Part shown: positions 41,568 through 52,854 of the stretch, one piece after another
Layout: each line of letters begins with the position of its first letter
How positions within the stretch are numbered: position 1 is the first letter of the stretch
Source of the DNA: an uncultured delta proteobacterium
Lineage (GTDB): Bacteria; Myxococcota_A; Polyangia; Haliangiales; Haliangiaceae
Direction: 5' to 3'
Assembly: GCA_963848295.1 (NCBI GenBank)
Contig: CAWKDB010000010.1
Span: 1,920,001 to 1,984,000 of the forward strand
Length of the DNA stretch: 64,000 nucleotides
The notes under the pieces: model-generated
Databases searched by the model: none
Told to the model about the DNA's origin: nothing
What the model saw: only the letters and a program-made list of their open reading frames with translations
Translations under genes and position numbers: made by a program

Positions 41568-43742
41568 ATGAAACGTCGCAATATCGGGTCCCTCGTCCTG
41601 TCGGTAGGAATCGTCATCATCCTGGTCGCCACCGGCCTTGGCGGTGGCTTGGGCAGCCGATCGCCCGCATCGGGCACGACGGAGGCCAACATCACGCGGC
41701 TCACCACGAACCTCCTCGAGCGCTCGCAGTTCGCGCACCACATGCTCGACGACAAGCTCGCCCGCAGGTTCCTCGATCGCTACCTCGATTCGTTGGACCC
41801 GACTCGATCACTGTTCCTCCAGTCAGACGTCGACGACTTCGCCGCCTCAGGAGCCGACCTCGCACGTGCAACTCGCGACGTCGGCGATACGCACCTCGCT
41901 CGGGCGATCTTCGCGCGCTTCGTCGAGCGACTCGGCCAGCGGTCTGCGTACCTCACGCGCGCACTCGCCGGGACTTTTGATTTTACCGGACATGACGTGT
42001 ACGCCTTCGATCGCGAGCACGCGCCGCGGCCGCGCGATCTGACCGACGCGCACCACCTCTGGCACGAACAGCTTCGCGCCGACTACTTGCAAGAGAAGCT
42101 GGGCGACCACAAGCCGAGCGAGATCGTGCACACGCTGGCGCTCCGCTACGCGCAACAGGCAAAGATGACGAGGTCGTTCGGGCCTGACCAAGTCCTCGAC
42201 GTGTACCTGAACGCGCTCGCGCACGTCTACGATCCTCACTCGGACTATCTGGGTCACGAGGAGATGGAGAGCTTCTCGATCGCGATGAACCTGTCGCTGT
42301 TCGGCATCGGTGCGACGTTGGAATACAAGGATGGCTATTGCACGATTCGAGATCTGGTCCCGGGCGGTCCCGCGGCGCGAAGCAGGGCGATCAAGCCAGG
42401 TGATCGCATCATCGCGGTCGCTCAGGCTGGGAAGGATCCGGTCGACATCACGAACATGCCGCTGTCGCAAGCGGTGGAGCTGATCCGGGGCGCGAAGGGC
42501 TCGACGGTGACGCTGAAGATCCTGCCCGCCGGCGCCGTCGAAGGCGCACCCGCGACGACCGTCTCGATCGCCCGCGGCGAGGTGAAGCTCGAAGATCAGG
42601 AAGCGAAGGCCCGCATCGTCGATATGACGACGGGTCACAAGCTCCGACTCGGCGTCATCGACCTTCCATCGTTCTACGCCGGCGACCGCGATGGCATGCG
42701 TCGGAGCGCGACCGCGGATGTCGCGCGCCTGCTGCGCAAGCTGGAGGCCGAGCACGTGCGCGGCATCGTGCTGGACCTGCGCCGCAACGGCGGCGGGTCG
42801 CTCGCCGAAGCGATCAGCCTCACCGGACTCTTCATCCGCACCGGGCCGGTCGTGCAGACGCGCGACCAGATCGGACGCATCGAGGTCGGCTCCGACACCG
42901 ATCCATCGGTGGTGTACGACGGGCCGCTCGTCCTGCTGACCAGTCGGTTCAGCGCTTCCGCCACCGAGATCCTCGCAGGTGCGCTGCAGGATTACGGGCG
43001 CGCGGTCGTCGTCGGCGATTCCGCGACGTTCGGCAAAGGCACCGTGCAGAACGTCGTCCCGCTCGCCCGGATCATGGACCGACTCGGGCTCGCACACCGC
43101 TACGACCCGGGCGCGTTGAAGATCACCACCGACAAGTTCTATCGCCCGAGCGGCGCGTCGACCCAGTTGCGCGGCGTGGCATCGGACATCGTGGTGCCGT
43201 CTCTGAGCGAGGTCAGCGGCGTGAGCGAGGCCGCGCTGAAAGACCCGTTGCCCTGGGACACGATCCCATCTGCGAGCTACGACCGCCTCGGTCTCGTCGC
43301 CCCGTATGTCGCCACGCTGCGCGCTCGCGCCGCGCGCCGGATCGCGAGCGAGAAGGACTTCGCATATCTCGCCGGTGACGCCGTCCGTCTCGAACAGCGC
43401 CTCGCGACGAAGTCCATCTCGCTGAACGAGGCGGAGCGGCGGTTGGAGCTCTCGCAGGACAAGGCGCGCGACGCCGAGCGCATCGCGGCCGATCGAGCTA
43501 TGCGCTCGACCGAGCCGACGACCTATGCGATCACGCTCGAGAACGCGTCTGCACCGGGATTGCCGCCCGCCACGTCGAACGCCGATGCGACCTCGCCGAA
43601 CCACGCGCAGACGAAGCTCGATCGATCCGATGCGAAACAATGGTCGTCCGACGATGTCATCCTGCGCGAAGGGGAGCGGATCCTGGCCGATTACGTCGAG
43701 CTCCTGGCTCATCCCGAGCTCCGTCGGATCGCGGTGAAGTGA
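41568..43742 (+). CDS. prc: Carboxy-terminal processing (tail-specific) protease, S41
   Basis: YDPHSDY, PDZ GIGA, DLRRNGGGSL, SASATEI and TFGKGTVQ. Confidence 0.9.
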   Translation: MKRRNIGSLVLSVGIVIILVATGLGGGLGSRSPASGTTEANITRLTTNLLERSQFAHHMLDDKLARRFLDRYLDSLDPTRSLFLQSDVDDFAASGADLARATRDVGDTHLARAIFARFVERLGQRSAYLTRALAGTFDFTGHDVYAFDREHAPRPRDLTDAHHLWHEQLRADYLQEKLGDHKPSEIVHTLALRYAQQAKMTRSFGPDQVLDVYLNALAHVYDPHSDYLGHEEMESFSIAMNLSLFGIGATLEYKDGYCTIRDLVPGGPAARSRAIKPGDRIIAVAQAGKDPVDITNMPLSQAVELIRGAKGSTVTLKILPAGAVEGAPATTVSIARGEVKLEDQEAKARIVDMTTGHKLRLGVIDLPSFYAGDRDGMRRSATADVARLLRKLEAEHVRGIVLDLRRNGGGSLAEAISLTGLFIRTGPVVQTRDQIGRIEVGSDTDPSVVYDGPLVLLTSRFSASATEILAGALQDYGRAVVVGDSATFGKGTVQNVVPLARIMDRLGLAHRYDPGALKITTDKFYRPSGASTQLRGVASDIVVPSLSEVSGVSEAALKDPLPWDTIPSASYDRLGLVAPYVATLRARAARRIASEKDFAYLAGDAVRLEQRLATKSISLNEAERRLELSQDKARDAERIAADRAMRSTEPTTYAITLENASAPGLPPATSNADATSPNHAQTKLDRSDAKQWSSDDVILREGERILADYVELLAHPELRRIAVK

Positions 43743-43837
43743 CCGGTGTCTCGCGATGCGGCGGATAAGCTCGAACCTTGCCAGCTTGAAATGTTACGGC
43801 AACGTTCGAGCAGGATCGCCGGGCCAGACTTGTTGGC

Positions 43838-44913
<1,076 letters not shown>

Positions 44914-44917
<4 letters not shown>

Positions 44918-45894
44918 CCGGCGTCGTCCACGCGACCCGCGCGCCGGTGTTGCCGCGGCGCGCGTTGGCGCCCGCGGAGCATGTCGATCCGGCGCGCGTC
45001 AAGGCGATCATGGAGAAGGTCCGCCAGATCGAGATCCGCACGCGCGGTCTCGTCGCGAGCTCGCTCGCCGGCGGATATCAAGCCGCGTTTCGCGGTCGCG
45101 GCATCGACTTCGATCGGGTTCGCGAATACGTGCCCGGCGATGAGGTCCGCACGATCGATTGGAACGTGACGGCGCGAGCCGGCCATCCGTTCGTCAAGGA
45201 GTTCCGTGAAGAGCGCGAGCTGATCTTGATGCTGCTCGTCGACGTCTCCGCGTCGGGCGAGTTCGGCAGCACGAGCGTGCGCAAGCGCGAGCTCGCCGCG
45301 GAGCTCGCTTGCGTGCTCGCGATGTCCGCGATCCGCAACAGCGACCAGGTCGGGCTCGTCTTGTTCTCCGATCAGATCGAACGCTTTGTCCCGCCGGCGA
45401 AGGGTCGATCGCACGCGCTGCGCGTGGTGCGCGAGATCCTCGGATGCAAACCCGCCGGCACCGGCACCGACATCGCGGGCGCGGTGCGGCTCGCCGGCTC
45501 GATGCTGCGCAAACGGTCGCTGATGTTCGTGGTCTCCGACCTCGTGCTCGGCCAGCCGCGGGCAACGAAGCTCGCCGATCTCCGGCACGCCGTGCGTCCG
45601 GTCGCGCGCGCTCACGATGTCGTCGCGCTTCACGTGCGCGATCCGTTCGAGCGCGAGCTCCCCGATCTCGGGCTCGTCACGGTCGAAGACGCCGAGACCG
45701 GCGACGTGGTCTGTATCGACACCGGGCGCAAGAAGGTCCGACAGCGGTTCGCCGAGCTCGCCCGGGCGCGCGCCGACGAAACCGTGCGGCTGCTGCGTCG
45801 CTCGAACGTCGAGACGCTCGAGATCGATACCAAGGCGGGATACGTGTCCGCGTTGCTCGCGTTCTTTGCCGAGCGCGAACGGAGGCCGCGATGA
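44914..45894 (+). CDS. DUF58 protein
   Basis: FDRVREYVPGDEVRTIDWNVTAR and DVSAS. Confidence 0.92.
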
Positions 45895-46493
45895 CCGCAC
45901 TCCTGCTCGCCGCCGGCGCAGCCGCCGATGACATCCGCGATATCCACGGGCCGATCGTCGCGCCGCCCGCGTCCGCGTGGTGGTCGTACGCGCTCGCAGG
46001 CCTCGTCGTGGTCGCGATCGCGCTCGCCGTCCGGTCCGTGATCGTCTGGCGCCGGCGCCGCGCGGTCCCCGCCGACCTTCGAGCCTTGCTCGTGCTCGAC
46101 GCCGCGCGCGAGTTGATCGAGCGCGGAGACGCGCTCGGCTTCTCGATCCGGGTATCCGCCGCCGTGCGCGGCTACGTCGAGGAAGCATTCGCGCTGCACG
46201 CCCCCCGGTTGACGACCGAGGAGCTGCTCGGCACGTTGATGACCGATCACAGCCCGGTCGCCGCGCACCGCGAGCAGCTCGGCACCTTCCTCGAGTTCTG
46301 CGACCTCGCGAAGTACGCGCGGTGGTCGCTCGCGCGCGAGGACATGACCGGGATGCTCGACAGCGCCACCGCCTTCATTCACGCGACCGCTGCCAGACCC
46401 AACCGGTCGCGGACTCGAGCCGATGCCGACGCCGACACCGACGCGGCGCCGAGTGTTCCGAGTCCGTCGAGCGCTCGAGGAGGTACACCGTGA
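45891..46493 (+). CDS. DUF4381-like Bat-operon membrane protein
   Basis: DIRDI, TM helix, TTEE and CDLAKYA; ATGA-coupled. Confidence 0.8.
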   Translation: MTALLLAAGAAADDIRDIHGPIVAPPASAWWSYALAGLVVVAIALAVRSVIVWRRRRAVPADLRALLVLDAARELIERGDALGFSIRVSAAVRGYVEEAFALHAPRLTTEELLGTLMTDHSPVAAHREQLGTFLEFCDLAKYARWSLAREDMTGMLDSATAFIHATAARPNRSRTRADADADTDAAPSVPSPSSARGGTP

Positions 46494-47488
46494 GCTCGTT
46501 CGCCTCGCCGCAATGGCTCTGGCTCCTCCTCCTGCTGCCCGTGCTCGCGATCATCCGCGCACGCCGCGGGCCGCGCGCCGCGGTGCGCTACGCCAGCACC
46601 GACCTCGTTCGCGAGGTCGGGCGCACGACGCGCAGCCGGTTCGGCCGGCTGGTGCCGTACCTCCGTTTCCCCGCGCTCGCGCTCATGATCATCGCACTGG
46701 CTCGTCCGCAGACCCGCCTGGCGCGATCGAGCGTGAAGGCGAGCGGCGTCGACATCATGCTCGCACTCGACGTCTCGGGCTCGATGGCCTCGCTCGATCT
46801 GACGCTCGATGGCAAGCCGGCCGATCGGCTGTCGGTCGTCAAGTCGGTCGTCGGCAAGTTCATCGACGACCGCCCCAACGATCGGATCGGCATGATCGCG
46901 TTCGCGGGGGCGCCGTACCTCGTCTCGCCGCTCACGCTCGATCACGACTGGCTCGATCGCAACCTCACTCGGGTCGAGCTCGGCACGATCGAAGACGGCA
47001 CCGCGATCGGCTCGGCGCTGACCTCCGCGGTCAACCGGCTGCGCACGAGCGACGCCCACACCAAGCTCGTCGTGCTGCTGACCGACGGGGTCAATAACTC
47101 GGGCAAGGTCCAGCCGCTGCTCGCGGCCGAGGCCGCGGCGGCGCTCGGCATCAAGGTCTACACGATCGGCGTCGGGACCGAAGGCAAGGCGCCGATGCCG
47201 ATCACCGACGAGCAAGGCCATCGCCACATCGTGATGACCGACGCCGATGTCGACGAGAAGACGCTCGGCGCGATCGCTACCAAGACCGGCGGCGAGTTCT
47301 TCCGCGCCACCGACACCAAATCGCTCGAGCACGTCTACGCGAAGATCGACGCGCTCGAGAAGACCACCCGCGAGGTCAGCCACTACGAGCACCACGACGA
47401 TAGGTTTGCATGGGCCCTGTTGCCGGGCCTCGCGCTCCTCGCCGCCGAGCTCGGGCTCGCAACAACCTGGCTGCGCCGGGTCCCGTAA
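46490..47488 (+). CDS. batA: BatA-like VWA protein
   Basis: ALARPQ, MIDAS DVSGS, GTAIG and LLTDG. Confidence 0.88.
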   Translation: MSSFASPQWLWLLLLLPVLAIIRARRGPRAAVRYASTDLVREVGRTTRSRFGRLVPYLRFPALALMIIALARPQTRLARSSVKASGVDIMLALDVSGSMASLDLTLDGKPADRLSVVKSVVGKFIDDRPNDRIGMIAFAGAPYLVSPLTLDHDWLDRNLTRVELGTIEDGTAIGSALTSAVNRLRTSDAHTKLVVLLTDGVNNSGKVQPLLAAEAAAALGIKVYTIGVGTEGKAPMPITDEQGHRHIVMTDADVDEKTLGAIATKTGGEFFRATDTKSLEHVYAKIDALEKTTREVSHYEHHDDRFAWALLPGLALLAAELGLATTWLRRVP

Positions 47489-47498
47489 GGAAACCGCC

Positions 47499-49538
47499 AT
47501 GCATTTCGCACAACCTCAATGGCTCTGGTTCGGCGCGCTAGGCTGCGCGGCACTCGCGGTGCTGTTCGTCCGCGCCGAGCGCAAGCGCCGCGCCGCCATT
47601 TCCATCTTCGCGGCAGCGAGCCCGGAGACCTCGGTCGCGACGTCGCGCCGGTGGCTGCGCAACGGGCTCGCGCTGCTCGGCGTCGCGATGACATGCGTCG
47701 CGCTCGCTCGGCCGCTCGCAGGCTATCGCTGGGAGCAGACGCCGCATCAAGGCGTCGACCTGATGTTCGCGATCGATACGTCGAAGAGCATGCGCGCTGC
47801 CGACATCCGGCCCGATCGGCTCACCCGCGCCAAGCTCGCGGTCGCCGACCTCGTGCGCAAGTTCGACGGCGAGCGCGTCGGGCTGATCGCGTTCGCGGGC
47901 GACGCGTTCGTCCAGGCCCCGATGACCGTCGATCGCGACGTGTTTCTCGAGTCGCTCGACGCGCTCGATACCGACGTGATCCCGAAGGGCGGCACCGACA
48001 TCGCGTCGGCGATTCGCGCGGCCGATCAAGCGATGGCGAGCGAGCCAGATCACAAGAAGGTGCTCGTGCTCGTCAGCGACGGCGAAGATCTCGACGGCGA
48101 TGCCCTCGCCGCCGCCCGAAACGCCGGTCAACAGGGGCTGACGATCTTCACGGTCGGCGTCGGCAGCCAGCAAGGCGAGCTGATCGAGATCGCGAATGCG
48201 GCCGGCGTCAAGGAGCTCGTGCGTGACGAAAACGGTCAGCCGGTGCGCTCGCGGCTCGACGAGCCGATGATGCGCAGCCTCGCGCAGGTGACCGGCGGTG
48301 CCTACGCGCCGCTCGGCGCCGACGGTCGTGGCCTCGACGAGCTCTACGGGCGCGTGAAGGCGAAGTTGCCGCACAGCACCTCGGCTGGAACCGCGCGCAA
48401 GGTCTACACCGAGCGCTACCAGATTCCGCTCGCGATCGCGATCGGCTGTCTGATGTTCGAGCTCGCGCTCGGCGATCGGCGCCGGCGATCGCGAGCGATT
48501 CGCGCGGCGGCGGCGGCTGCCGCGATCGGCCTGGTCGTATTTCCGCGCCTCGCTGCTGCCGCGCCCGCACCCGGCGCAGTCGCCTCGTACAATGCCGGCA
48601 CCGCGACCTACCGCAAGGGCGACTTCGCGGCGGCGCAACAGGCGTTCGAGGCGGCGCTCCACACCGGTGACGTGCACCTGCAGACCGACGCCTACTACGA
48701 TCTCGGTAACGCGCGCTATCGCGGCGGCCAGGCGACGCTCGCGAAGGATCGCGACGCGACGATCGCGAGTTGGAAACAGGCGCTCGCCGCGTACGACACC
48801 GCACTCGGCGTGACCCCCGGCGACCCCGACACGAAGTTCAATCGCGACTTCGTCGCTCGCAAGCTCGCCGCGCTCGAGCAACAAAAAAAGCAGGACGAAG
48901 ACAAGAAGCAGCAACAGTCCAAAGACCAGCAAGCCAAGCAGCCCAAGGATCAGCAGGCCAAGAACCAAAAGGGTCAGGGCAAGCAGTCGAAGGACCAGCA
49001 GGGCAAGGGCAACCAGTCGAAGGACCAGCAAGGCCAGGGTCAACAAGCCAAGAATCAGCAAGGCAAGGGCAACCAGTCGAAGGACCAGCAAGGCCAGGGT
49101 CAACAAGCCAAGAATCAGCAAGGCCAGGGCAACCAGTCGAAGGGCCAGCAAGGCCAGGGGCAGCAAGCCAAAGATCAGCAAGGCCAGGGTCAACAACCCA
49201 GGGACCAGCAAGGCCAGGGTCAACAAGCCAAAGATCAGCAAGGCCAGGGCAAGCAAGCCAAGAATCAACCCGCGCATGACGCGCCCGACGCAAGCGAGCA
49301 CGCGGATCACGCGCCGAAGCCGACGCCGGCCGCGGCGGCAGCGGCTGCCGCACGACAAGCCGCCCAACAAGCCGCCGCCGCACAAGCCGCCGCCGACGCG
49401 AAGCGCCGAGCGGCCGGTGAGCTCACCCACGGCGAAGCGGTGCAGCTGCTCGACTCGGTCGAGAGCGAGCTCAAACCGATGCCGATCCACGGACGCGCCG
49501 GCGGCCGTCCCGAACAGACCAAGATCAAGGACTGGTGA
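47499..49538 (+). CDS. BatB/BatC-like VWA + TPR fusion with Q/K/G-rich linker
   Basis: DTSKSM, GGTD and SDGED; TPR motifs YNAG and YYDLGN; C-terminal KDW. Confidence 0.88.
   Translation: MHFAQPQWLWFGALGCAALAVLFVRAERKRRAAISIFAAASPETSVATSRRWLRNGLALLGVAMTCVALARPLAGYRWEQTPHQGVDLMFAIDTSKSMRAADIRPDRLTRAKLAVADLVRKFDGERVGLIAFAGDAFVQAPMTVDRDVFLESLDALDTDVIPKGGTDIASAIRAADQAMASEPDHKKVLVLVSDGEDLDGDALAAARNAGQQGLTIFTVGVGSQQGELIEIANAAGVKELVRDENGQPVRSRLDEPMMRSLAQVTGGAYAPLGADGRGLDELYGRVKAKLPHSTSAGTARKVYTERYQIPLAIAIGCLMFELALGDRRRRSRAIRAAAAAAAIGLVVFPRLAAAAPAPGAVASYNAGTATYRKGDFAAAQQAFEAALHTGDVHLQTDAYYDLGNARYRGGQATLAKDRDATIASWKQALAAYDTALGVTPGDPDTKFNRDFVARKLAALEQQKKQDEDKKQQQSKDQQAKQPKDQQAKNQKGQGKQSKDQQGKGNQSKDQQGQGQQAKNQQGKGNQSKDQQGQGQQAKNQQGQGNQSKGQQGQGQQAKDQQGQGQQPRDQQGQGQQAKDQQGQGKQAKNQPAHDAPDASEHADHAPKPTPAAAAAAAARQAAQQAAAAQAAADAKRRAAGELTHGEAVQLLDSVESELKPMPIHGRAGGRPEQTKIKDW
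48954..49268 (+). repeat. 30-bp coding tandem repeat, about 10.5 copies (Q[AS]K[DN]QQG[QK]G[QNK])
   Basis: Read directly; partly organised as 60-bp dimers. Confidence 0.9.
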
Positions 49539-51400
49539 TGACCATGAAACGCACAACCGCGATCGCGTTGCTGCTCGGGCTCGTCCCGGCCAGCGCATTC
49601 GCCGCCGCCCACGCGACGTTGCGACCAGGCCCCCAGCTCGCCGTCGGCTCACCCGCCGAGCTCTCGATCACGATCGATGGTGACGCACAGCCGCCGGCGC
49701 CACCGCGCGTCGACGGCGCCTCGATCCAGCTCACCGGCCAGATGTCGCAGACCCGGATGACCAACGGCCAGGCGACGCAACAGATGACCTACGTCTATAC
49801 GGTCGTCCCGACTCGGACCGGCCCGCTCGACATTCCGGCGATCACGGTCACGACACCGACCGGAGCAGAGTCGACCGAGCCGGTTCACGCGACCGTGACG
49901 GACTCGCCGGTCGCGCCGAGCCAAGCGGCCGCAGCGCCAGCCGCCACCGCCGATCGCGCGGTCGGGCTCGAGCCGGCGCACGCGTTCGTCACGCTCGACG
50001 TCCCGGCGAAGTCGTTGGTCGTCGGTCAGGCCATTCCGATCAAGATCCGCGCGTACTTTCGCGGCGGCACGTCGGCGACGCTGCAGGGTCTTCCACACGT
50101 CACGTCCGATGCATTCACGCTGTCCGAGCTGTCCGACAAGCCCGCGCAGGCGCAGCTCGAGATCCGCGGCGAGCCGTACCTCCAGGCGACCTGGACCGCG
50201 GTGCTATCTCCGGCCAAGCCGAGCAATGGCAAGCTCGGAGTCGAGCTACCGGTCGAGCTGGCGTACCGCGCGGCGGCACGCCCGGCGCAACATCGCTCGT
50301 TGCGCGACGTGTTCGGCGCCGATCCGTTCGGCGACTCGTTCGCCGACCCGTTCGGAGGCAGCGATCCCTTTGCCGGGATGGGCGATCCGTTCGGCGACAT
50401 GGACACGATGTTCGACATCGGCCCGATGCAGCAGTATCAGACCACGCTGCGCGCGACCGCCGGCACGATCGTCGTCACCGATCTCCCGGCCGCAGGCCGA
50501 CCCGCGAGCTTTACCGGCGCGGTCGGCCACTTCGACGTCGCGCTCGATCCGATCGCCGGCGAGCCGCGGGTCGGCGAGCCGCTGACGCTGTCGATCCGCG
50601 TGACCGGCACCGGCAACTTCGACCGCGTCGAGATGACCGGTGCCGCCGACGCCGGCGATCTCAAGACCTACTCGATCAAGAGCGCGTTCACGCCGTCGGC
50701 GACGAGCACGCTCACCGGCACCAAGACGTTCACCCAGACGGTCGTCCCGACGCGCGCCGGCGACCTGACGATCCCCGCGCTCGCCCTCGCCTACTTCGAT
50801 CCAGCCAAGCACGCCTACGTCACGGCCGAGACCAAGCCGGTGACGCTACCGATCGCGGCGGCTCGCGGCGGCGGTTCGTCCGATCCGGGACTCGCGGCAT
50901 CGGTCCGCGATCCGGCGATGGTCCCCAATCGGATCGATGCCGGCGGCACCCGCGCCACGCTGCTGCCGCTGATCCGGCAATCGCGACTGTGGATGGCGCT
51001 CGCCGGCCTCGTCGCGCTGACCGCGCTGGTCGTCGTCGCAGCGTGGTCGCGCAAGAGCCCGCGGATCGCAAACGTCCTCCGATCGCGGCGCATCGATCGC
51101 GCGATCACGCGCGCGTCGGCCGATATGGACCGCGCCGCGCGCGCCAACGACCGGCCCGCGTTCTTCAGCGCCGCGCGGACCGCACTCCAGACTCGGCTCG
51201 CGGCGAGCTGGGACACGACCCCCGAAGCGATCACCGCCCACGACGTGGCGACTCGGCTCGGCGATCGCGGTGCATCGATCTGCTCGGTGTTCGAGCAGGC
51301 CGACGGCGTGACCTACGGCGGTGCGATCACGCCCGAGCCGCTCGAGCACTGGCATCACGTCGTTCGCGCCGAGCTCGCGAACTGGAAGGCCGCGTCATGA
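49538..51400 (+). CDS. batD: BatD-family protein
   Basis: Signal peptide, Ig-like repeats, DPF-repeat insert, FTGAVGHF, GTGN and YFDP. Confidence 0.85.
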   Translation: MTMKRTTAIALLLGLVPASAFAAAHATLRPGPQLAVGSPAELSITIDGDAQPPAPPRVDGASIQLTGQMSQTRMTNGQATQQMTYVYTVVPTRTGPLDIPAITVTTPTGAESTEPVHATVTDSPVAPSQAAAAPAATADRAVGLEPAHAFVTLDVPAKSLVVGQAIPIKIRAYFRGGTSATLQGLPHVTSDAFTLSELSDKPAQAQLEIRGEPYLQATWTAVLSPAKPSNGKLGVELPVELAYRAAARPAQHRSLRDVFGADPFGDSFADPFGGSDPFAGMGDPFGDMDTMFDIGPMQQYQTTLRATAGTIVVTDLPAAGRPASFTGAVGHFDVALDPIAGEPRVGEPLTLSIRVTGTGNFDRVEMTGAADAGDLKTYSIKSAFTPSATSTLTGTKTFTQTVVPTRAGDLTIPALALAYFDPAKHAYVTAETKPVTLPIAAARGGGSSDPGLAASVRDPAMVPNRIDAGGTRATLLPLIRQSRLWMALAGLVALTALVVVAAWSRKSPRIANVLRSRRIDRAITRASADMDRAARANDRPAFFSAARTALQTRLAASWDTTPEAITAHDVATRLGDRGASICSVFEQADGVTYGGAITPEPLEHWHHVVRAELANWKAAS

Positions 51401-52143
51401 CCCGCAAGCCCTATGTCCTCGCATCCATCCTCGCTGCAGCTCTCGCTGGCTCGGCCGGCGCAGCCCCGGAGCCGTTCGTCGCGGGCAACGCGGCGGCGAC
51501 CACCGGCGATCATGCCGCGGCCGCGATCGCATTCGAGCACGCGCTCGAGACTCACGGGTGGTCCGCGGGAACGCTGTTCGATCTCGGCAACGCCTACGCG
51601 AGCAGCGGTCGGCCTGGGTCGGCGATCCTGGCGTACGAGCGCGCGCAACTGCTCGCGCCACGTGACCACGCGATCCGCGCGAACCTCGAGCACGTCCGAG
51701 AGACCGCCGGCGTGACCGTCGCGGCGCCATCCCCGATCCGAGCCGCGCTCGCAACGCTGAGCTCTGACGAATGGACCTGGGTCGCGATCGCCGCCGCGAT
51801 CCTCGCCTGCGCGAGTGTGGCGGCATTCGCGTGGTCGCTCCGTACGCGCGCTGCCCGCGCCCTCGCCATCGCGAGTGTGGTGGCAGGCGCGTTCGCGATG
51901 ACCGCGGCCAGCGCCGTCGCGCCCGGGGAAGACGACGCGGTCATCGTCCATGGCGACACCGCGCGGATCGCGCCGACCGCCGCCGCCGAAGCCGCGTTCA
52001 CCGCACCCGAGGGCGAGAACGTGCGGATCGAGCAACACCGTGGCGATTTTGTCTATGTCCGCGACGGCGACCGCTCGGGCTGGCTGCCGGCCAGCGCGGT
52101 CGAACGCGTCATCGCCACCGATCGACACGCCGCGCACACTTGA
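51397..52143 (+). CDS. BatE-like TPR + SH3 protein
   Basis: FDLGNAY...AILAYERA...RANL, two TM helices and C-terminal GWLP. Confidence 0.82.
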   Translation: MTRKPYVLASILAAALAGSAGAAPEPFVAGNAAATTGDHAAAAIAFEHALETHGWSAGTLFDLGNAYASSGRPGSAILAYERAQLLAPRDHAIRANLEHVRETAGVTVAAPSPIRAALATLSSDEWTWVAIAAAILACASVAAFAWSLRTRAARALAIASVVAGAFAMTAASAVAPGEDDAVIVHGDTARIAPTAAAEAAFTAPEGENVRIEQHRGDFVYVRDGDRSGWLPASAVERVIATDRHAAHT

Positions 52144-52173
52144 ACCGCGCGCTCGACCGAGGTGTCATGACTC

Positions 52174-52854
52174 ATGCGGTTGGCCCTGGTCGAAGACGAC
52201 GAACGGATCGGCGAGTTCGTCTACAAGGGACTGACTCAGGACGGCCACATCGTCGACTGGACGCGAACCGGTATCGACGGCCTCTCGCAGCTGACGACGA
52301 CGACCTACGACGCGGCGGTGATCGACGTCATGCTGCCCGCGAAGAGCGGGCTCGACGTGATCCGCGCGGTGCGCAAGCACAAGCTGACGACCCCGATCAT
52401 CATCCTGTCCGCGCGCGACTCGGTCGATGACCGGATCGCCGGGCTCGAAGCCGGCGCCGATGATTACCTGACCAAACCGTTCTCGTTCGCCGAGCTCGTC
52501 GCGCGCATCCACGCGCTCGTGCGTCGCGCGACCACGAGCCCGAGCTCGTTCGTGCTGACCTACTCCGATGTCGCGCTCGATCTGCGCACGCGGCGGGTCG
52601 AGCGCGGCGGCAAGCAGATTCATCTCCAAGCCAAGGAGTTCGTGTTGCTCGAGTACCTGATGCGCAACCCGGAGCGCGTGCTCAGCAAGACGATGATCCT
52701 CGAGCACGTCTGGGAGTACGGGTTCGATCCGCAGACCAACGTGGTCGACGTCCTGATCAGCCGCCTGCGCGCGAAGCTCGACCGCGAGTTTGCAACCAAG
52801 CTGATCCACACCCTGCGAGGAGCCGGTTATGTCCTCCGATCCGAAGCCGAGTGA
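52174..52854 (+). CDS. OmpR-family response regulator (CusR/CopR-like)
   Basis: VEDD, DVMLP, GADDYLTKPF, TNVVDV and RGAGY. Confidence 0.93.
   Translation: MRLALVEDDERIGEFVYKGLTQDGHIVDWTRTGIDGLSQLTTTTYDAAVIDVMLPAKSGLDVIRAVRKHKLTTPIIILSARDSVDDRIAGLEAGADDYLTKPFSFAELVARIHALVRRATTSPSSFVLTYSDVALDLRTRRVERGGKQIHLQAKEFVLLEYLMRNPERVLSKTMILEHVWEYGFDPQTNVVDVLISRLRAKLDREFATKLIHTLRGAGYVLRSEAE

Noticed and set aside
43769..43811. Inverted repeat GCTCGAAC/GTTCGAGC between prc and moxR as a terminator
   Set aside because: Short stem, 27-nt loop and no U-tract; expected by chance.
48954..49268. Possible CRISPR array
   Set aside because: The 30-bp units are contiguous, in frame and have no unique spacers; no cas genes are in the window.
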